45,380 nt of DNA from positions 13,767 to 59,146 of the forward strand of contig JARRRI010000022.1 in the NCBI GenBank assembly GCA_037380845.1, in the 5' to 3' direction. Below the pieces are notes generated by a model. It made no database searches and was not told the DNA's origin. It worked only from the letters and a program-made list of their open reading frames with translations. Shown here piece by piece: positions 39,867 through 45,380 of this stretch. Origin of the DNA: Candidatus Sulfobium sp. GTDB lineage: Bacteria; Nitrospirota; Thermodesulfovibrionia; Thermodesulfovibrionales; UBA6898. Within the stretch, counting starts at the first letter, position 1. Each line of letters opens with the position of its first letter. Both the position numbers and the translations under genes were made by a program.

Positions 39867-40793
39867 ATGAAGGCTTATCTTCTTTACAGCGTCCTGATAT
39901 TCGCGGCCGTATCATGTTTCCCCACGGCCTCCCCTGCCACACGTCAGTATGCACAAGAGACAGGGTTTCCCTGCAGGAAGTGCCACATCGATGCCGCCGG
40001 CGGCGGACCGCTTACCGGGACGGGCGAGCGGTTTCTCTCGGACCTGAAAAAGAAGGGGCTGTACCGGCCTCTTGGTCCGGTGTAGAAGATCCTGAGACTC
40101 CTCGCAGGATTTATGCATCTTCTCACGGCCATCGCCTGGTTCGGGACCATACTCTACGTTCATATTCTCCTGAAGCCTTCATATGCCTCCAAGGGGCTTC
40201 CCAGGGGAGAACTTCTTCTTGGGTGGGTGTCCATCATGATCATAGCAGTCACCGGGACAATCCTGACGGCAGAGAGAATGCCGTCGCTCAATTCTTTCTT
40301 GACTACGCGGTTCGGCATACTGCTCAGCATAAAGATATTTCTTTTCCTCCTCATGGTCACGACAGCGACGCTCGTCACTTTCTTTATCGGCCCGAAGATG
40401 AGAGAAAAGATGAGGAAGCAGAAAGGGCTTCCTGCGTCAGGAGAAGAAGAGGATTTCAGTATTGCGGAACTCAACGCCTTCGACGGCAAGGAGGGAAGAC
40501 CGGCCTATGTTGCATTTAAAGACAATGTTTATGACGTAACAGAAAGCAGGCTCTGGAGGGACAGTTTCCACATGAGAAAACATTCAGCGGGGACCGATCT
40601 GACCGGGATGCTGAAGACAGCTCCCCACGACGAAGACAGGGTCCTTGCGATGAAGAGGATCGGCAGACTCAGATCCGAAGATAAGAAGCCGCGACCATTT
40701 CATGAGAGACTCTTCTATCTCTTCGCCTACATGAACCTCGCCCTTGTTTTCCTGATCGTCTTCGTGATCGCACTGATGAGATGGGGACAATAG
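39867..40793 (+). pseudogene. monoheme c / CopD-like membrane / cytochrome b5-like fusion with in-frame TAG at 40083-40085
   Basis: Signal peptide and CRKCH; TAG; then in frame HLLTAIAWFG TM region and FDGKEGRPAYVA...VYDVTES..W...H...HSAGTDLT...PH (b5-like). Confidence 0.8.
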
Positions 40794-40862
40794 AAGTCTT
40801 TCCTTTATCGCGCCAATATGGGCACCTTCAAGAATTGGCCCGCCCGTGATAGAGTTTATGGT

Positions 40863-41606
40863 ATGAAGATCAGGGAGATAAAGGCAAAGGCTGTCCTGTC
40901 GAGATCCCAGGTATATGATTACGCCTTAAACCCTTACGTAGGCTGCGGGCACGGCTGCGTTTACTGCTATGCGAAATTCATGAAGAGGTTTACGGGCCAC
41001 GCCGAGAAGTGGGGGGAATTTGTCGACGTCAAGATAAACGCCCCCGAACTCCTGGCCCGCGAGGTGAAGAAGAAAAAGGTCGGGAGGGTCTGGATAAGCG
41101 GCGTCTGCGATCCCTATCAGCCGCTTGAAAAGAAATATGTGATTACCGGAAAGTGTCTCGAGGTACTGGTCGATAACGGCTGGCCTTTCACGGTCCAGAC
41201 CAAGTCACCCCTCGTCCTGCGGGATATCCGAATACTTAAGGCGGCGGAAGATGCAGAGGTCGGGTTCACCATAACCACGGCCGATGAGAAGATAAGGAGG
41301 ATCTTTGAGCCCGGCGCGCCCCCTTCGGGCAGGAGGGTGGAGGCACTTGCCGGTCTGCATTCGGAAGGGATCAGCACCTTTGCCATGATCGCACCGGTCC
41401 TGCCCGGCGCCGAGGGGCTGGCGGCCGCACTAAAAGGAAAGGTGGACCATGTCCTGATCGACAGGCTGAACTACCATTACGCCGATGCAACATACAGGAA
41501 ACACGGCATGCAGTGGGCGATGAAAGACAGCTTCTTTTCCGACAAGGCGGAGGAGCTGGGGAAGGCCTTCGAAAAAGAAGGCATCCCCTGCCAGGTACTG
41601 TTCTGA
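40863..41606 (+). CDS. radical SAM protein, spore photoproduct lyase-like
   Basis: NPYVGCGHGCVYCYA, DPYQPLE and TKSPLVLRD. Confidence 0.9.
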   Translation: MKIREIKAKAVLSRSQVYDYALNPYVGCGHGCVYCYAKFMKRFTGHAEKWGEFVDVKINAPELLAREVKKKKVGRVWISGVCDPYQPLEKKYVITGKCLEVLVDNGWPFTVQTKSPLVLRDIRILKAAEDAEVGFTITTADEKIRRIFEPGAPPSGRRVEALAGLHSEGISTFAMIAPVLPGAEGLAAALKGKVDHVLIDRLNYHYADATYRKHGMQWAMKDSFFSDKAEELGKAFEKEGIPCQVLF

Positions 41607-41646
41607 TTCAGGCGCCCCTCCAGAAGTTTAATCGGACCACCACAAA

Positions 41647-41809
41647 ATTAACCCTGACATTGCATAAAAGACTTGCATTTCAGGTTCGTCATTCCCGAGG
41701 TAGTTATCGGGTCGGAGCGACCCTGCGCGGAGACACGCTTCGGGACTCGCATCGAGAATCCAGGCTTACAGACAGATTGGATGCCTGCCTAAGACCTCAG
41801 GCATTGCGA
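41647..41809 (+). repeat. dispersed REP-like composite repeat, copy B
   Basis: GTCATTCCCGAGG...GAGAATCCAG...GGATGCC; homologous to the reverse complement of 21821-21994. Confidence 0.75.
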
Positions 41810-41915
41810 AAAAGGGCTTGAGTGAACTTCGGCATTAAGAGTGTTAGCAGACTCAAAAGCCCCTTTGGTCAACCATTTGCCGGCCTTTATTCGAAAACTT
41901 TTTGGAACTGTAAGG

Positions 41916-42803
41916 CTAATAAATAAACGTGGCAGGGTCCCTGAGGGGGTGGCAGCGGTCGCAGAGGCCCTTCGCCTCTTTCTTCCCTATCGACCAGGTG
42001 TGCGCCTTGTGGCAGTCAAGGCAGTTCAGCTTCTCCTTCGTCATATGCAGTTTATGCTGGCCCACTTTAAGCTCGGTGCCGTGGCAGTTCTTAAGGCAGT
42101 CATCGCTGGTCGGCTGGATCCGGCCGTGGGGATGATGGCAGTCGAAACACCTGAGTTTCGACATCGGTCCTGATGAAGGGTAATGCTTGTGGCAGCCGAG
42201 ACACCTGTCATTGGATATCATTTTCGGCTGCGCTTCCGTATAACTGTGGCACTTGAGGCAGGAAAGTTCGGCCATGCCCCCTATGCCGTGTATGACCTTG
42301 TCCGCGTGACATTCGGCGCATGCCTGCTCGTTGGGTGCGAAGGTATGGAGCTTGCCGCTGTGGCATTTGCTGCATCCTATCTTGAGCATGAACACGTGCC
42401 GGGCGTGTCCATAGGACTTGTTCAGGGTAACCGACCCCTGCTCCACGTCAGACAAATGGCACTCCTTGCATGCATGCCACGGGGAGATCCTCCCGTGCTT
42501 CTGCTCGGCGGACTTGCCGCCCTTGACCACGTAAGCTACCAGCATCCTGTTCTGTTCGAGGATACTCATCTCGTGACATCGCTGACACGGATAGTCCCTG
42601 TGTTTGCTCATCTGCCAGGACCGGTATGCCTCCTGCATCATGTGGCAGGATTTGCAGAAATTCGGGTCGTACCGCGTGTACCGGTAATATCTGTATCCTA
42701 CGACCGCACCTGCGGCGGTAATGATCAGAAGCAGAAGCACTATCGCCTTCTGGTTTTCCTCCAGCAGGCCGTGAAAAAAAGAAGACAGTCTTTTCTTACC
42801 CAT
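41916..42803 (-). CDS. membrane-anchored multiheme cytochrome c (NapC/NirT-like N-terminus)
   Basis: One TM helix; 10 CxxCH plus one CxxxCH (CLKNCH). Confidence 0.9.
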   Translation of the reverse strand: MGKKRLSSFFHGLLEENQKAIVLLLLIITAAGAVVGYRYYRYTRYDPNFCKSCHMMQEAYRSWQMSKHRDYPCQRCHEMSILEQNRMLVAYVVKGGKSAEQKHGRISPWHACKECHLSDVEQGSVTLNKSYGHARHVFMLKIGCSKCHSGKLHTFAPNEQACAECHADKVIHGIGGMAELSCLKCHSYTEAQPKMISNDRCLGCHKHYPSSGPMSKLRCFDCHHPHGRIQPTSDDCLKNCHGTELKVGQHKLHMTKEKLNCLDCHKAHTWSIGKKEAKGLCDRCHPLRDPATFIY

Positions 42804-43200
42804 TTTTCAAAAGTTTGGCCCTGGCCTCAGCCACCACGGTCCCGTCTCTCTTTTTCATCCTGGCCGAGGCCTCAACCACTCTGCCGACCGGGTTAGTGAG
42901 CCCCGCCTCGACGGTGGCGGCCTCCCCTGTCAGGAGCGGACTCTTGAACCTCACCGTGAGCTCGGCCGTTACGGCCTGAAGTCCCTTCGAGAGCATCGCC
43001 TTGACCATCGCCTCGTCGAGGACGGTGGCGATGATGCCGCCGTGCACGATATCCCTGAACCCCTGATGTTCCTTCTGCGGCAAAAACTCGGCAGCAGTCC
43101 CGCCGTTTTCACTCCTGAAATCCAGCCGCAGGCCCCGGGTATTTTTCTTGCCGCAGGCGAAGCAGTAACCGTCGTCATCCAGTTGCATCCGCTTCTTCAT
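42796..43200 (-). CDS. PaaI family thioesterase
   Basis: CFACG..N..GL and HQGFRDIVHGGIIATVLDEAM. Confidence 0.9.
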   Translation of the reverse strand: MKKRMQLDDDGYCFACGKKNTRGLRLDFRSENGGTAAEFLPQKEHQGFRDIVHGGIIATVLDEAMVKAMLSKGLQAVTAELTVRFKSPLLTGEAATVEAGLTNPVGRVVEASARMKKRDGTVVAEARAKLLKNG

Positions 43201-43499
43201 TTGCTGCCCAGGAACGCAAAGAATTTATAAAGGAAGAAAGAAAAGATGAAACCCATGAAGGAACCAAAGGCGGTCATGATGGCCAGTACGACTCCGAACA
43301 TGACGTATACGATAAAACTTGCAGAAGAAACTCCCAGAGAGAGAAAGGTGTTCAGGTCTCTTGCAATCGCATCCCGCCAGGTACCGTTCATGGTACCCGC
43401 GTAAAAGGTGTCCATAAGCAATGTTATCGAAAGGCTCAGGATGCCGCCGATAATCGCCCCGAAGAGCAGGTATCTCTTGGCTCTTCTCCTGTCTTCCAT
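43197..43499 (-). CDS. hypothetical two-TM membrane protein
   Basis: Two hydrophobic helices; tightly packed between rho and the thioesterase. Confidence 0.75.
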   Translation of the reverse strand: MEDRRRAKRYLLFGAIIGGILSLSITLLMDTFYAGTMNGTWRDAIARDLNTFLSLGVSSASFIVYVMFGVVLAIMTAFGSFMGFIFSFFLYKFFAFLGSK

Positions 43500-43505
43500 G
43501 AAATT

Positions 43506-44765
43506 TTATTTGTTCATCATATCGAGAAAATCCTGGTTGCTCTTGGTGCCGGTCAGCTTCCCGAGAAGGAATTCCATGCTCTCCACCGTGCTCAGCGGAT
43601 TGAGTACCTTCCTCAGTATCCACATCCTGTTCAACACGTCCCTGTCCACCAGGAGCTCTTCCTTCCTTGTCCCGGATGCGTTTATGTCGATAGTGGGGAA
43701 TATCCTCTTGTCCACCAGCTTCCTGTCGAGGTGGAGCTCCATGTTGCCGGTCCCCTTGAATTCCTCGAAGATGACGTCATCCATCCTGCTTCCGGTATCC
43801 ACCAGGGCCGTCGCCAGGATAGTAAGGCTTCCCCCGGTTTCGATATTTCTTGCCGCGCCGAAAAATCTCTTGGGCTTCTGGAGGGCGTTTGAATCGAGAC
43901 CTCCGGAGAGTACCTTGCCGCTGGCGGGCATGATCGCGTTATATGCCCTCGCAAGACGGGTGATGCTGTCGAGGAGTATCACCACGTTCTTCTTGCTCTC
44001 CACCAGCCTCTTTGCCCGCTCGATCACCATCTCCGAAACCTGGCAGTGCCTCTGCGGGGGCTCGTCAAAGGTGGAGCTTATAATCTCCGCGGTATTGACC
44101 TGTCGCTTCCAGTCGGTGACCTCTTCAGGACGTTCATCGATGAGGAGGATGATGAGGTGTATGTCCCGATGGTTTTTCCTTATCGCCTTGGCGATGGACT
44201 GGAGGAGCATCGTCTTTCCCGTGCGCGGCGCCGCAACTATCATACCCCTCTGCCCCATGCCTATGGGGGTGATGAGTTCCATTACCCTAGTGGAATAATC
44301 GATCGATTCGTATTCGAGCTTGATCCTCTCGGTGGGATAATAAGGGATAAGGTTATCGAAAAGGGCCCTCTTGACGTTTCCGTCGGGCGAGCTGTGGTTA
44401 ATGGCCTCGACCTTGAGAAGGGCGAAATAACGCTCCGTTTCCTTGGGAGGTCTGATCTGCCCGGAAACGAGGTCGCCCGTCCTCAGATTAAACCGCCTGA
44501 TCTGGGAGGGGGATACATATATATCGTCAGGCCCCGGAAGATAACTGTAATCCGGCGACCTCAGAAATCCGAATCCGTCCGGAAGTATTTCGAGAACACC
44601 TGCTGAAAATACATTGCCCGTTTTCTCCGCCTGCGCCTGCAGGATCGCAAAGATAAGGTCCTGCTTTCTCAGGCCTGCCGCGCCCTCTACTTTCAGCTCC
44701 TTCGCCACGTCGGTCAACTCGTCGATAGTCTTTTCCTTAAGTTCGGAAATCGAGATATTTCCCAT
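43506..44765 (-). CDS. rho: transcription termination factor Rho
   Basis: [37 protein letters not shown] and [12 protein letters not shown]. Confidence 0.98.
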   Translation of the reverse strand: MGNISISELKEKTIDELTDVAKELKVEGAAGLRKQDLIFAILQAQAEKTGNVFSAGVLEILPDGFGFLRSPDYSYLPGPDDIYVSPSQIRRFNLRTGDLVSGQIRPPKETERYFALLKVEAINHSSPDGNVKRALFDNLIPYYPTERIKLEYESIDYSTRVMELITPIGMGQRGMIVAAPRTGKTMLLQSIAKAIRKNHRDIHLIILLIDERPEEVTDWKRQVNTAEIISSTFDEPPQRHCQVSEMVIERAKRLVESKKNVVILLDSITRLARAYNAIMPASGKVLSGGLDSNALQKPKRFFGAARNIETGGSLTILATALVDTGSRMDDVIFEEFKGTGNMELHLDRKLVDKRIFPTIDINASGTRKEELLVDRDVLNRMWILRKVLNPLSTVESMEFLLGKLTGTKSNQDFLDMMNK

Positions 44766-44932
44766 AATAATATGCTCCTCGCTAGGGTTGTTACTTTTTA
44801 GGGTTCACTATTCCCGGTAGATTGTATATCCATGAGGGATTTTTAATCAGGAGAACTGTTCCTAGTTAGTACCATACTAAAAGAGAAATATCTTTGTCAA
44901 GCAGACTTTCGCCGCCTGTCAAACCGCAAAAC

Positions 44933-44962
44933 TTTACAAAGCTTCCGCCCTGATGGTACATT
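44933..44962 (+). promoter_or_regulatory. extended -10 promoter, leaderless start at queF
   Basis: TTTACA-18 nt-TACATT (preceded by TGn)-6 nt-ATG. Confidence 0.55.
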
Positions 44963-44968
44963 TCAATA

Positions 44969-45352
44969 ATGAAATACGGAGAGCGTGCGGTAAAGCGTGC
45001 CAGGCTCGAGATGTGGGAAAACCCTTCTCCGGAGCGGGATTACGAGATAAATATTACCTTCCCTGAATTTACCTGTGTCTGCCCGCGTTCGGGGTACCCC
45101 GATTTCGCCTCGGTCATCATACGGTACATCCCCGATAAAAAGATCGTCGAACTGAAGGCCCTGAAGCTCTACCTCAATTCATTCAGGGAAATGCCGATCT
45201 CTCACGAAGAGGTAACCAACAGGATCTACGCCCAGCTCAGCCGCAAACTGAAGCCCAGGTACCTGGAAGTAGTCGGCGACTTCAATCCGAGGGGAAACGT
45301 CAAAACGGTAATACGGGTATCATCGGAAACATCAAAAAAAGCTAAGCCGTAA
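44969..45352 (+). CDS. queF: preQ1 synthase (NADPH-dependent 7-cyano-7-deazaguanine reductase), type I
   Basis: [29 protein letters not shown] and PRGN. Confidence 0.95.
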   Translation: MKYGERAVKRARLEMWENPSPERDYEINITFPEFTCVCPRSGYPDFASVIIRYIPDKKIVELKALKLYLNSFREMPISHEEVTNRIYAQLSRKLKPRYLEVVGDFNPRGNVKTVIRVSSETSKKAKP

Positions 45353-45380
45353 AATCCCTTTTCACTGCAGCCTCTGACAG

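Noticed and set aside
3956..40793. Genome-wide reassignment of TAG
   Set aside because: TAG ends several genes at their expected C-termini (glgP, csp, NmrA, cupin)
44820..44968. preQ1 riboswitch upstream of queF
   Set aside because: No preQ1 stem or A-rich tail seen; promoter geometry suggests no leader

Overview
A bacterial chromosomal window of moderately high GC. The gene content (rubredoxin, ferritin-like protein, multiheme cytochromes, a likely selenoprotein) suggests an anaerobe such as Nitrospirota/Thermodesulfovibrionia or Desulfobacterota; this is inference only. The left part (1-26 kb) is mostly housekeeping and stress genes: partial ligD, DUF72, two alpha-glucan phosphorylases, an MgtE-N/CBS plus NRAMP-like pair, mtnA, a polyprenyl synthase, AMMECR1, an archaeal-type SAM synthetase, pgi, MATE, a CysRS-like protein, PIN-PhoH and a cold-shock protein. 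The region from about 27 to 41 kb is a patchy accessory region with decay: a direct repeat flanking an MFS gene, an S74 tail-fibre-like secreted protein, attC-like palindromes, three in-frame TAGs and two internally deleted genes. The right end carries an 11-heme cytochrome c, a thioesterase, rho and queF. Highlights: (1) a UGA-containing CYCxC/PCYCGC-type protein with a UxxC motif and a SECIS-like hairpin; (2) convergent to it, a CysRS paralogue that has lost two canonical Zn ligands and the anticodon-binding domain; (3) at least six apparently leaderless genes; (4) three in-frame amber codons; (5) modular REP-like repeats. No rRNA, tRNA, CRISPR array, transposase or integrase was recognised.
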